Shown here: positions 35,266 through 44,556 of the stretch, one piece after another
Numbering within the stretch: the stretch's first letter is position 1
Layout of the letters: each line of letters opens with the position of its first letter
From: Candidatus Parvarchaeota archaeon
Lineage (GTDB): Archaea > Nanobdellota > Nanobdellia > JAAOXT01
NCBI GenBank assembly: GCA_017609605.1
Contig: JAFCDO010000003.1
Coordinates: 24,470-88,469 of the forward strand
Length of the DNA: 64,000 nucleotides
Direction of reading: 5' to 3'
The notes under the pieces: model-generated
Seen by the model: the letters and a program-made list of their open reading frames with translations, nothing else
Databases searched by the model: none
What the model was told of the DNA's origin: nothing
Made by a program: the position numbers and the translations under genes

Positions 35266-36900
35266 ATGCCGACCATCGAGATAAGCAAAAAAGACTTGGA
35301 ACAACTAATAGGCAAAAAACTGCCTGAAAACAAAGAAGAACTCTTCTTCAAGATTAAAGCAGAAGTGGAAAAAGAAGTGGGCGACACCATAACCCTGGAA
35401 TTAAATGACACTAACCGCGTCGACCTATGGAGCGTGGAAGGAATTGCCCGCGAACTAAAAGGACACTTAGGCGTTGACGAAGGAATAAAAAGGTACAAGG
35501 CAAGAAAATCAAAATATGTCATAAACGCTGGCGAAATCAAAGTAAGACCTTACATTGCGGCGTGCGTGGTCAAAGGAGTTGAACTAAACAACCACATAAT
35601 CAAACAACTAATGCAGCAGCAAGAAAAAATAGACTCTACTTACGGCAGAACGAGAAAAAAAACGTCCATCGGCTTATACAACCTTGATGCACTAACTTTT
35701 CCATTAACCTACGATGAAGCTAGCCAAGACACCGAATTCGTTCCATTAGGGTTCAAACAAAAAATGAGTTTAAAACAAATACTCAAAAGACATCCCAAAG
35801 GCGTGGCCTACGCTCACATCCTAGAAGGAGTGGACAAGCCGCCCTTGTTCACGGACGCGACAGGAAAAATCCTGTCAATGCCCCCAATAATCAATTCCAG
35901 CGAGCTCGGCCAAATCAAGCCAGAGCACACTAACTTGTTAGTGGAAGTCACTGGGACCAATGAAGAAGCAGTGAGAAACGTTCTAACCTTAATAACCACT
36001 TCCTTATTCGACAGGGGGGGAACCTTGTACGACGTGACTATCAAGTACAGCAATAGGAGAAGTATTACTCCAGTCTTCGAAAACACGTCACTACGAGTAA
36101 AACCAGAAGAAATCAACAAAGAACTGGGGCTTGAACTAGAACCTGAAGAAATAGTTGAGATTCTCAGAAAAATGAGGTACAACGCGTTCAGCAGAGGAAA
36201 AATTATAGACGTGCAAGTCTCGAGTTACAGGGTTGACGTTATCCACCCAGTGGACGTCACTGAAGACGTGGCGATAGCTTTCGGTTATGATAAAATAGAG
36301 CCTGAAATGCCCAAAGCGTTCACTGTAGGAGGGGTCAGCAAGAATACCAAGCAGGAAAGACTGCTCCGAAAACTTTTCACGAGCATGGGCTGCCAAGAAA
36401 TCAGGAACATGGTTCTCACAAACACGGAAAAACTATTCGAAAAAATGAACGCGAAAAAAAGCAAGTTCATAGAAATAGAAAACCCTGTGAACGAATCCTA
36501 CACTTGCGCGCGCAACGCCTTACTGCCAGGACTCGTTAACACACTGTCAAAAAACACTCACGCTGAATACCCTCAAAAAATCTTCGAAGTAGGTCCAGTG
36601 ATAAGAACATCATCGAATGAAACGGGTTCGAAAACCAAGACGAGCGCCGGCATGTGCGTGGCGTCCAAAGAAACAAGTTTCAGCGAGATAAAACAGCACT
36701 TGGACTGGTTCATGAAATCTCGAGGAATCAAATACTCGTTGAAACCGTCCAAGAACAAGGCGTTCATAGAAGGTCGCTGCGGAGAAATAATTGTCAAAAA
36801 CAGAAGCGTTGGAATAATTGGGGAAGTGCATCCAGCGGTTCTTAAGAACAATCAATTAAAAATGCCGGTAACTTGCTTTGAAGTGACCAAAAATGGGTAA
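35266..36900 (+). CDS. pheT: phenylalanyl-tRNA synthetase beta subunit
   Basis: MPTIEISKKDLEQLIGKKL (B3/4 N-terminus) and archaeal beta-subunit length. Lies 2 nt after pheS. Confidence 0.9.
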   Translation: MPTIEISKKDLEQLIGKKLPENKEELFFKIKAEVEKEVGDTITLELNDTNRVDLWSVEGIARELKGHLGVDEGIKRYKARKSKYVINAGEIKVRPYIAACVVKGVELNNHIIKQLMQQQEKIDSTYGRTRKKTSIGLYNLDALTFPLTYDEASQDTEFVPLGFKQKMSLKQILKRHPKGVAYAHILEGVDKPPLFTDATGKILSMPPIINSSELGQIKPEHTNLLVEVTGTNEEAVRNVLTLITTSLFDRGGTLYDVTIKYSNRRSITPVFENTSLRVKPEEINKELGLELEPEEIVEILRKMRYNAFSRGKIIDVQVSSYRVDVIHPVDVTEDVAIAFGYDKIEPEMPKAFTVGGVSKNTKQERLLRKLFTSMGCQEIRNMVLTNTEKLFEKMNAKKSKFIEIENPVNESYTCARNALLPGLVNTLSKNTHAEYPQKIFEVGPVIRTSSNETGSKTKTSAGMCVASKETSFSEIKQHLDWFMKSRGIKYSLKPSKNKAFIEGRCGEIIVKNRSVGIIGEVHPAVLKNNQLKMPVTCFEVTKNG

Positions 36901-37297
36901 GAGAAGAGGAAGCAACGCTGAAAGAGAGCTTGCTAAAAAGTTTTATGAAAAAGGTTTCGCGGTCCTGCGCGTAGCTGGAAGCGGTGCCGCCCAATACCCC
37001 ACTCCGGACCTGCTGGTCATGAAAGATGACATGGTTTTGGCTATTGAGTGCAAGATGCGTAAACAACCCTTCATTTATTTGACGGAAGGGGACGTGCAAA
37101 CCCTTAAAGCATTTAGGGATAGGGCGGGCTGCGAAGCGTACTTCGCCATCAAGTTTTTGAAGCACGGCTGGCACTTTTATCCCTTGCAAGAAGTGATTGA
37201 CCAAGGCAAACCCTACAAAATCTTGTTAAAAGAAGCAGGCGCGGCCCTAACAATACATCATTTCGTGAACGGCATGCGACAAAAAAAACTGGTTTAA
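36893..37297 (+). CDS. hjc: Holliday junction resolvase Hjc
   Basis: GSNAERELAKKFYEKGFAVLRVAGSG...PDLLVMKDDMVLAIECKMRK...FAIKFLKHGW matches the Hjc catalytic core (E..D..EXK). Confidence 0.9.
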   Translation: MGKRRGSNAERELAKKFYEKGFAVLRVAGSGAAQYPTPDLLVMKDDMVLAIECKMRKQPFIYLTEGDVQTLKAFRDRAGCEAYFAIKFLKHGWHFYPLQEVIDQGKPYKILLKEAGAALTIHHFVNGMRQKKLV

Positions 37298-37370
37298 GCC
37301 TTTGGTGAGATTTGAACTCACGACCCCCTGCTTACGAGGCAGGTGCTCTAAACCGCTGAGCTACAAAGGC
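37297..37370 (-). tRNA. tRNA-Thr (anticodon CGT)
   Basis: Reverse complement: GCCTTTG TA GCTC AGCGGTTTA GAGC A CCTGC CTCGTAA GCAGG GGGTC GTGAG TTCAAAT CTCAC CAAAGGC T. All stems pair. Confidence 0.9.
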
Positions 37371-37393
37371 GCGTGAACAAAGAATTAGAGCAA

Positions 37394-37406
37394 CGGTTTT
37401 AAAAAC
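37394..37406 (-). promoter_or_regulatory. TATA-box-like element upstream of tRNA-Thr
   Basis: cggttttaaaaac lies 24-36 nt upstream of the tRNA 5' end (37370). Confidence 0.45.
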
Positions 37407-37407
37407 T

Positions 37408-38229
37408 TTATCTGTTCTCTCTACTCAAATAATCACTACCCTCTTTAAGAATATCCCACGCCTTCCTGACAGCGTCAGTTATCCCCTTCTTCACGTTTCT
37501 CTCTCTTTTCTTTTTGTGCTCGCCAATCACTTCAACAATTTTTTCAGCAGATTTCTCTTCTTCAACTTCATCGCTTGTGTCAACATCGGTAAATTCAACC
37601 CCGTCAAGCCCGACCTCGCCAAGATTCTCATTCGCTTCAACCAATGCTTCAAGGTTCTCCGTTATCTCCAATTCCTGGCCAGTCTCCTCAGACCTTTTCT
37701 TTGCTCTTTCATATGACTGTTCGGGAGGCGTTTTCATTCTAATGGCTAAACCTGGTTTTGGAAACAAAAAAGAAAAAGCGCGATAATACCAATTATCCTT
37801 TAATTTAGGGCCAAAATAAGTGATAGCGTCGAACAAGGGGTGGCGCTCCATCAAATAAACAACTTTTGAGGACGCGTTCGCCTTCTCCAGTTTCTTGAAA
37901 ATGTCATCCAAATAACCATTGGTTAAGTCATCAATTGAAATATTCCTCACTTCATTATCGGTCTTTCTGGCACTCCCTAACTCTGGCATTAAGGACAAAA
38001 AATCAAGGAAACCGAAAACAGCCGCGCGTTTCTTGCTCCCGCTAACTAAAAGGCCTCGCTGAACAGTTCCCCAAACCCCGTTGCTAGGAGTCTTAATGTG
38101 ATGAACTTCGTAACCTTTTGTCTCTAACTTTTTCTTCACGATTCTGGCTTGAGTGCTTTTACCACTCGCGTCTAAACCGTAAAGAACGAAAAGATTGTAA
38201 ATGGTGTTGAACCTTATGGATTCAAACAT
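37408..38229 (-). CDS. P-loop kinase-like protein (thymidylate-kinase-like N-terminus) with acidic C-terminal tail
   Basis: LFVLYGLDASGKSTQARIV resembles the Tmk/dNK P-loop (EG.DGSGKST). The start is uncertain (38229, 38268 or 38361). I chose 38229 because TTAAAAA lies about 30 nt upstream. Confidence 0.5.
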   Translation of the reverse strand: MFESIRFNTIYNLFVLYGLDASGKSTQARIVKKKLETKGYEVHHIKTPSNGVWGTVQRGLLVSGSKKRAAVFGFLDFLSLMPELGSARKTDNEVRNISIDDLTNGYLDDIFKKLEKANASSKVVYLMERHPLFDAITYFGPKLKDNWYYRAFSFLFPKPGLAIRMKTPPEQSYERAKKRSEETGQELEITENLEALVEANENLGEVGLDGVEFTDVDTSDEVEEEKSAEKIVEVIGEHKKKRERNVKKGITDAVRKAWDILKEGSDYLSRENR

Positions 38230-38370
38230 GATGCCAATTTTAGATCTACCTCTTTTTAACTCTTTCATAACGAGAGACTTTGCACAAAAAGTCGTTAAGG
38301 AAAGGATTATTGGACATACTTGCCACCCACACGCTTTTCTTAAAAAAACTTCTTTATCCAATTACGTTTA

Positions 38371-39462
38371 ATGCTTGCCATTAAAAGTGTTAAAGGCAAA
38401 ATAATCGGCCTAACCAGAAGAAAAAAAGAATTCTTAGACAAAGAGTATTCTGAGTTCAATCATTTATGCAAATTCTTAACAGAAGCCAATAAACATGGAA
38501 TGGACGAATACTGCGAGTACGGTTTCATTAAAGACAAGTTCAATGTTTATTCATTAACCAAAACCCAAGCAATCCGGAACTGCTCAAAAACGAGAAGAGA
38601 ACAACCACTAACAATACACAACCAATCAGTCAAAATTGAAGTAAACAATAACAAGCTTTCATCGCTATGGGTTCGCATACCTGTTCACGGTGTGTGGGGT
38701 GGAATCTGGCTGCCAGTAAAAACAAGCAAGGACAAAATAGAACTAATCAAAGAATGCAAAACCACAAGCATTAGAATCAAAAAGAAGAAAAATGATTATT
38801 TTATCTCAATCACTATCCAAAAAGAAATCAAACCATTATCATGCTCTAACATCCTTGCAATAGACCTAGGGGAAAAAACCATTGCAACTGTCTGTGGCAC
38901 TGCACACAAAAAACCCCTATTCCTAGGCAAGAACGTAAGAGGAACTCGCAGGCACTACGCACACCTAAGAAAACAGTTAGGAAACAAGAAACTGCTAAAA
39001 ATGATTAGAAAAGTGGGTCAGAAAGAAAAAAACAAAGTGAACTCCACTCTCCACAAAATCAGCAAAATAATCGTTGAAGTAGCCAGCAAAACCAATTCCC
39101 TAATCATCCTCGGAAACTTAAGAAGCATAAGAAACAAAAGCCGAGGAAAACGATTAAACAGAATCGTTAGCAACATGCCCTACCACAAACTAACCCAAAT
39201 GATAAACTACAAAGCCACGTGGAAAGGAATAACCGTCAAGAAAACCTGTGAAGCGTACACTTCAATCACATGCAACAAATGTGATAGCATTGATAAGAAT
39301 AGCAGGAAGGGTCAAGGACTCTTCAAATGCCAAGAATGCGGTTACCAAGTTAACGCTGACTACAACGCCTGCGAAAACATACTCAAAAGGTCGCTAGACT
39401 ACATGTTTGGTGACGGGGCTTTAGCTTACGCCCAAAAGAGCAGCTTGACTGCTCAAGCATAA
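38371..39462 (+). CDS. tnpB: TnpB-like protein (IS200/IS605 OrfB / IS1341-type RNA-guided nuclease family); no TnpA partner
   Basis: RuvC-I ILAIDLGEKTIAT (Asp codon 38863-38865). Zinc finger CNKCDS...CQECGY. RuvC-III VNADYNACENI (Asp codon 39358-39360). The expected RuvC-II hh.EDL block reads LIILGNL (Gly codon 39112-39114). Confidence 0.8.
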   Translation: MLAIKSVKGKIIGLTRRKKEFLDKEYSEFNHLCKFLTEANKHGMDEYCEYGFIKDKFNVYSLTKTQAIRNCSKTRREQPLTIHNQSVKIEVNNNKLSSLWVRIPVHGVWGGIWLPVKTSKDKIELIKECKTTSIRIKKKKNDYFISITIQKEIKPLSCSNILAIDLGEKTIATVCGTAHKKPLFLGKNVRGTRRHYAHLRKQLGNKKLLKMIRKVGQKEKNKVNSTLHKISKIIVEVASKTNSLIILGNLRSIRNKSRGKRLNRIVSNMPYHKLTQMINYKATWKGITVKKTCEAYTSITCNKCDSIDKNSRKGQGLFKCQECGYQVNADYNACENILKRSLDYMFGDGALAYAQKSSLTAQA

Positions 39463-39477
39463 TAAAATCACTTAATT

Positions 39478-40371
39478 ATGCAAAGCCACAACGAGAAAAC
39501 TTATAAAAAACTGGTTTCATTAGTGAAGCCAATGAATGGGAACTACCTCTTCGCAGGTCTGGAATGGAAGAAGAGAGTTGACAAAATAGTTCCGTACATG
39601 ATTCTTAGGAACGGGGGTAAAGATCAAAAAGTCCCTCTGCTCAAAGGAGATAATCTAAGATTCAAGATTCTTAACGAAAAATATTGTTTAGGTTATAACC
39701 ATAATCCTTGTCCTTTCAGCACGCAAATCAAGAAAGGCATGCAATGCTTTAAGTGCAAGCAAATTGATGACCGTCACGCGTGCAAAAAATGCGTTGGTGA
39801 GAGGTGCATGAGTGAGTTAGGAAAGGATTACTGTTTCAATAATGAGTTCGCGGTTTACCTTGCAAGCTTCGGAGACATTCTTAAGGTAGGTGTTAGCAGC
39901 ACTAAAAGAGTGGTTACTAGATGGGTGGAGCAGGGAGCTGACTGCGCGGTTAAAGCTCTGAAAGCGGGTAACGGTTTGGAAGCCAGAAAAATTGAGTCCA
40001 TGATAGCTAAGAAGTTGGGGGTTAAGACTGCTGTGAGGTCCAGCCAAAAAAAAAGTTTAATGCTTAAGGGAGGGCAACCTGAATTAATCGGTTCTGTGCT
40101 CGAAAAAGTTCACGAAATGTTCCCAGACCATGTTTACAGTAAAACAATTCTTAACGTGGACGAGAAAACAGGTTTTGACTTCAACGCTGACGCTTTGGAT
40201 TATGATGAGAAACTTGTTTCCGGAAAGATTCTTGGGGTTAAAGGCTCGTGGATTTTTTTAAAGAACGGGAGGACAAGCTATTCTTTAAACACTAACTTGT
40301 TGAAAGCCAGTTTATTGGGGTTCAGCAAAACTAAAGAAAAACCGACTGTTCAAGCTAGGCTGTTTACCTAA
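39478..40371 (+). CDS. zinc-ribbon protein, DUF2797-like
   Basis: A Cys cluster (CPFS..CFKCKQ...CKKCVGERC) is followed by FAVYLASFGDILKVGVSSTKRVVTRWVEQGA, which resembles the DUF2797 core as I remember it. Confidence 0.45.
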   Translation: MQSHNEKTYKKLVSLVKPMNGNYLFAGLEWKKRVDKIVPYMILRNGGKDQKVPLLKGDNLRFKILNEKYCLGYNHNPCPFSTQIKKGMQCFKCKQIDDRHACKKCVGERCMSELGKDYCFNNEFAVYLASFGDILKVGVSSTKRVVTRWVEQGADCAVKALKAGNGLEARKIESMIAKKLGVKTAVRSSQKKSLMLKGGQPELIGSVLEKVHEMFPDHVYSKTILNVDEKTGFDFNADALDYDEKLVSGKILGVKGSWIFLKNGRTSYSLNTNLLKASLLGFSKTKEKPTVQARLFT

Positions 40372-40395
40372 AAAAAAGAACAGGCAAATTTTTTT

Positions 40396-41052
40396 TTAAC
40401 CAATGATTGTTCCTAAAAAATCCTTGCCTTCCATGAATTTTTGAAGTTCGTCGAGCTTGTGGCCGTTAATGACAACGACTTTCAGCCCTGCTTTCTCGCA
40501 AATCTTTGCAGCCCTTGGCTCGAAAACGAATTCCATTCCCGGGTCGTGCTTGCCGAACCCTGAGCGCTCAGCCACTTCAAAAAATTCTTTCCAACCAATT
40601 TTTCTAAACATTTTGGCATTATCGTGTTCTTTCGGGTTTTTGTCGTAGACGCCGTCCACGTCAGTGAGGTTAACAATGTAATCTGCTTGCACGGTTTTAG
40701 CTATCTCGGCTGCGCTCGCGTCAGTGGTCTGCCCAGTTTTTAGCCCGCCGAAAACCCTCATAGTTTCAACATCGTCTAGAGTATAGCCCACCCCGTTCAG
40801 CCCTGAATAAAGCGTTAATAACATGGCGTTGACGTGCGTGCACATAATGCCCAACAAGTCCCTATCGTCATCGTTGATTCCTAGGTTCTTGGCTGCTTTG
40901 GCGTAAGTTCTGGCGGTCGCTCCTCCACCGCAGACAATCCAGTGGTCTTTAATGTTTTTGGCGAACGCCGTGAACTTTTTGATGTAGTTCACGTCAACGT
41001 TTTTATCCTTAGGCACGAGCAGTGAACCCCCAACTGAAATAACACACTTCAT
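40396..41052 (-). CDS. pyrH: UMP kinase (archaeal type)
   Basis: MKCVISVGGSLLVP, VCGGGATARTY, and the amino-acid-kinase fold block VDGVYDKNPKEH. Confidence 0.85.
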   Translation of the reverse strand: MKCVISVGGSLLVPKDKNVDVNYIKKFTAFAKNIKDHWIVCGGGATARTYAKAAKNLGINDDDRDLLGIMCTHVNAMLLTLYSGLNGVGYTLDDVETMRVFGGLKTGQTTDASAAEIAKTVQADYIVNLTDVDGVYDKNPKEHDNAKMFRKIGWKEFFEVAERSGFGKHDPGMEFVFEPRAAKICEKAGLKVVVINGHKLDELQKFMEGKDFLGTIIG

Positions 41053-41081
41053 TTTAATTCATTACTCACAAAGAAGGGTTT

Positions 41082-42332
41082 TTAACCTTTTCCAAAAAGT
41101 TTCATCATTCCTTCAAAACTCGTTTTTTGCTGTTTTCCAGTCTTCATGTCTCGAACAGTGAACTTTTTTTCTTTCAACTCCTTTTCACCAATTATCAAGA
41201 CAAAAGGGATCCCTTTCTTTGAAACATAATCTAACTGTTTCTTTAAGCTTCTGCCCATCAAATCGGTTTCCACATTCATTCCAGCCTTCCTCATTTTTTG
41301 GGCAAGTCCAACAACTTTTTTGTCAAATTCTGGTTTAACACTCGCCACAAAAACTTTGGTGCTGCTGGCCTGTTTTGACTTGGATTTGAGCAATTCAAAA
41401 ATGGGTTCAATGCCTAAAGAAAAACCTGTTGCGGACACGTCCCTGCCAGATAAAATTTTGATGAGATTATCATACCTTCCGCCACCACCAACACTTACTT
41501 TAATATCCTTACAAGAAGCTTCAAAAACGGGTCCAGTGTAGTAATCCAGTCCACGGGCAAGAGAAACGTCAATAACGTAGTTCTTTACGTTAAAAGATTT
41601 CAAGTAACCGGTAAGTTCTTCCAGTTCTTTAATGCCCTTGCAGCCTCCGAGAATTTTTTTCAATTTTTCCAAAGAGTCCGTGCCGATTAGTCGAATAATT
41701 TTTTTGCAGGATTCTTTGCTTATTCCTCTATCAATTAGTTCTTTTTCCACACCTTTTAACCCCACTTTATCGAGCTTGTCAATTGATCTAAACGCTTCCT
41801 GCCACAATTTTTTAGGGATTCCAGAGTAATCCATCATGTCTGCAAGGATTTTTCTGTTGTTGACGCGCATGATTATGTTCAACCCGAGTTTCTTGTAAAC
41901 CTCAAGGACTGCGGTTATGATTTCAGCGTCAGCCATCATTGAGTTTGAGCCGAAAGAATCGATGTCGAACTGGTAAAACTCGCGGTACCTGCCTTTCTTT
42001 ATTTCTCCGTACCTCCAAGCTTTGCCGTATTGGTAGCGCTTGAAAGGCATTATTAATTGAGGGTTGTTCGCCAGCACTCGCGAAGTCGGAACGGTGAGGT
42101 CAAATCTCAATCCAACTTTTCTTCCTCCTTTGTCTTTGAAAGCGAATAATTCTTTTTTCACGTCTTCCCCGCTCTTAGCTGTTAAGGTTTCCTCGTACTC
42201 TAAAGCGGGGGTGTCTAATGGAGCGAAACCATACTTTGTTAATACTGTTTGAGCTGTTTCGAAAATCTTTTTCCTGACCATCATTTCTTCAGGCAGAAAA
42301 TCCTTCATGCCTTTAACGGTTTGATAGTTCAT
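41082..42332 (-). CDS. hisS: histidyl-tRNA synthetase
   Basis: VKGMKDFLPEE, WRYGEIKKGRYREFYQFDIDSFG, GGGGRYDNL. Confidence 0.95.
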   Translation of the reverse strand: MNYQTVKGMKDFLPEEMMVRKKIFETAQTVLTKYGFAPLDTPALEYEETLTAKSGEDVKKELFAFKDKGGRKVGLRFDLTVPTSRVLANNPQLIMPFKRYQYGKAWRYGEIKKGRYREFYQFDIDSFGSNSMMADAEIITAVLEVYKKLGLNIIMRVNNRKILADMMDYSGIPKKLWQEAFRSIDKLDKVGLKGVEKELIDRGISKESCKKIIRLIGTDSLEKLKKILGGCKGIKELEELTGYLKSFNVKNYVIDVSLARGLDYYTGPVFEASCKDIKVSVGGGGRYDNLIKILSGRDVSATGFSLGIEPIFELLKSKSKQASSTKVFVASVKPEFDKKVVGLAQKMRKAGMNVETDLMGRSLKKQLDYVSKKGIPFVLIIGEKELKEKKFTVRDMKTGKQQKTSFEGMMKLFGKG

Positions 42333-42856
42333 CTTCCAAAACCTCCTTTATAAGCTTCAGCGTTGTAAAAAGGGGCTAGCGCGCAAAACAATGCTTGTTC
42401 GAAAAAATCGGTTCTGGTCACGTTATTTTTTGTCAGCAATCCAATAACCCCTTCTTTTTTTCCAATCCCTTTCCGACCTTCAAGCTTATCAATAACTTCT
42501 CCTAACTCCACTCCTTCTAAAACTCGTGAGACAATGCTGTTAGGCAAGGGAATGGATACAGTGCTTGCAAGACCTGTTTTTTTGCCATCAGTAATTGCAA
42601 CCCAACCTTTCGTGTAATAAACTGTTTGCACTTGAATGATTCCGCCTTCCAGTCCGACCCCGAAACCGTTTTTTTGGTAGGCCATGACCGCCCGGTTAAC
42701 CGCTCCTTGAATGATTTCGTTGTCATTCATTGGCTGGGCGTTGACGCCAGATTCGGTTTTCATTCCTTCCACTTCGATTTGTCCGAAAACTTTTTCAAAA
42801 ACTTTTTTCGCAGCGTTTATCTTGGCTGGATTGGTTGAGCCGACAAAAACCTTCAT
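42329..42856 (-). CDS. inosine/xanthosine triphosphatase (YjjX/DUF84-type NTPase)
   Basis: Start at MKVFVGSTNPAKINAAKKVFEKVFG (ATG at 42856), then ESGVNAQPMNDNEIIQGAVNRA. The track N-terminus runs across tRNA-His. Confidence 0.8.
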   Translation of the reverse strand: MKVFVGSTNPAKINAAKKVFEKVFGQIEVEGMKTESGVNAQPMNDNEIIQGAVNRAVMAYQKNGFGVGLEGGIIQVQTVYYTKGWVAITDGKKTGLASTVSIPLPNSIVSRVLEGVELGEVIDKLEGRKGIGKKEGVIGLLTKNNVTRTDFFEQALFCALAPFYNAEAYKGGFGR

Positions 42857-42903
42857 GCTTAGATATTTGGTCGCACCCATTTTTAAGTTTTTGAGTTTAG
42901 AAA

Positions 42904-42976
42904 GGTCCGGGCCGAGATTCGAACTCGGGTCAACGGGACCACAACCCGCTATCCTAACCACTAGACTACCCAGACC
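42904..42976 (-). tRNA. tRNA-His (anticodon GTG) with genome-encoded G-1
   Basis: Reverse complement: G GTCTGGG TA GTCT AGTGGTTA GGAT A GCGGG TTGTGGT CCCGT TGAC CCGAG TTCGAAT CTCGG CCCGGAC C. The extra 5' G lies opposite C73. TTTATA lies about 30 nt upstream. Confidence 0.85.
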
Positions 42977-43191
42977 AATTATGAACAAAACCCCGCTCTA
43001 CACCTATAAACTTTTCGAGAACGGGTTCAATAAAAGTAAGGCTAGTGAAATCACTGTTGATGAACGCACTCACCGCTTTTCATTGTAATAATAAAAGGTT
43101 GGGAACACGATTTATAAACTTTTTCATTCACTTTCTTCTTTTAAAAAAAAGCAAACATTAAAAGAGAAAAAAATTATTTTTTTCTAATTAA

Positions 43192-43917
43192 ATGAGGGTT
43201 AATGAAGGGTTAAGTCTTTCCCTTAACAAGCTGATTCGCGAAATCAATAGAAGTTGCGAGCTTGAAAAAAATCTTTTACTAATAGAGAATCCTTGCGATG
43301 AAGACAAAAAAATCTTGAAAGAAAAGTTTGAAACCCTGTTCCCACAAACCAAGAAGAGCGTTGCCGAATACGCGTTAGGAGCGCTGCTGGTCATGGACGT
43401 CCTGCCAAGCGAGGGAAAATTGTCCGACAGCGTGAGAAAAACATGGTTTTACGGCGAGTATGAGCCAATGCTGATGAACCAAAGAATAATTACGAGACCG
43501 AAAGAAGCCAGGCTCATCAAATCATATGGTAGGATTTGCAGTCTCTACTCAGTATCCTACGAGCTGCCCGTGAAAATAGCTCAGCATTTCAGAAAAGGAC
43601 ACGATTATTTGCACGACCAATTTAAGGAATCGCTGGAAAGCCATTTCAACGTTTTAATGGTCATGTCAGAGACGCGATTGGATGAGAAAGGTTACGGCCA
43701 GGTTCGGGAAAGAGCTGAGAACAAAGCAGTGTTACTGGGTTTAATGCTACCCTTCTCAAACCATGTTTTGGAACTGTCAAGACTGAGAGAAATACCTTAT
43801 GACGCGATGCGAGCGGTTTACGATTACTGGGAAGACATAAAAGGTTTTGGCATGGAACCAAACAATTTTTATGTTGAAAAAATTATGAGGAAGCTAGGAT
43901 GGAAGCACTGTACTTGA
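43192..43917 (+). CDS. hypothetical protein (241 aa)
   Basis: ORF only, predicted helical. No family recognised. Confidence 0.4.
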   Translation: MRVNEGLSLSLNKLIREINRSCELEKNLLLIENPCDEDKKILKEKFETLFPQTKKSVAEYALGALLVMDVLPSEGKLSDSVRKTWFYGEYEPMLMNQRIITRPKEARLIKSYGRICSLYSVSYELPVKIAQHFRKGHDYLHDQFKESLESHFNVLMVMSETRLDEKGYGQVRERAENKAVLLGLMLPFSNHVLELSRLREIPYDAMRAVYDYWEDIKGFGMEPNNFYVEKIMRKLGWKHCT

Positions 43918-44522
43918 AGGATTGTTATTTGAAAGAATTTGACGCTGAGGTCACTAGCGTGAACGGCGACGAAATAGAGCTTGACAGAACAGCGTTTTAC
44001 CCTGAAAGCGGGGGCCAGCTCTGTGATTTGGGAACTTTGAACGATTACAGAGTCGTGCACGTGAGAAAAGACAAAGGCAGAATCATTCACGAAGTCGAAG
44101 ACCAGCACACCGCGGTCCACGTGTTATCTAAAGTGGTGTGGGAAGACCTTGGAGGAGAAATTAGTGGAGGCCAACTCGGACTTGAAGAATCTAGAGATGA
44201 TTACACGATCCCTGAATTTGACCGCGAAAAACTGGGGCAAGCAGTCAAAAAAGCCAACGTTTTAATCGAGAAAGGAGCGGAAGTGCGCTTCAAATTCATG
44301 CCACGCGAAAGAGCGGATAAGGAACCAGACTTGATTCGCACCAAAGTCAATTTGATACCTTTATTCGTGAAAACCATTCGAGTGGTTAAGATTCAAGGCT
44401 TGGACATGCAGGCGTGCGCTGGAACTCACGTCAAAAACATTAATGAAATCGGAAGAATAGTGATAACTCGCGCGCAAAACAAGGGAAGGAATAATCGCAG
44501 GTTATACTTCACGTTACAATAA
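43899..44522 (+). CDS. alaX: alanyl-tRNA editing protein AlaX
   Basis: MEALYLKDCYLKEFDAEV...DRTAFYPESGGQ, and zinc motifs HTAVHVL and CAGTHV. Confidence 0.75.
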   Translation: MEALYLKDCYLKEFDAEVTSVNGDEIELDRTAFYPESGGQLCDLGTLNDYRVVHVRKDKGRIIHEVEDQHTAVHVLSKVVWEDLGGEISGGQLGLEESRDDYTIPEFDREKLGQAVKKANVLIEKGAEVRFKFMPRERADKEPDLIRTKVNLIPLFVKTIRVVKIQGLDMQACAGTHVKNINEIGRIVITRAQNKGRNNRRLYFTLQ

Positions 44523-44556
44523 AATTTTTTAATAAGAACTGTTGGCATTAAGTGAC

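Noticed and set aside
38230-39477. Calling the tnpB region an intact IS200/IS605 mobile element
   Set aside because: There is no TnpA. I could find no terminal imperfect palindromes or inverted repeats, and there is almost no non-coding flank on the 3' side. Only the TnpB-like CDS is reported.
42711-43088. 125-aa plus-strand ORF, and the N-terminal 44 aa of minus ORF 42329..42988
   Set aside because: Both read across tRNA-His (42904-42976). The NTPase family N-terminus MKVFVGSTNPAK begins at 42856.
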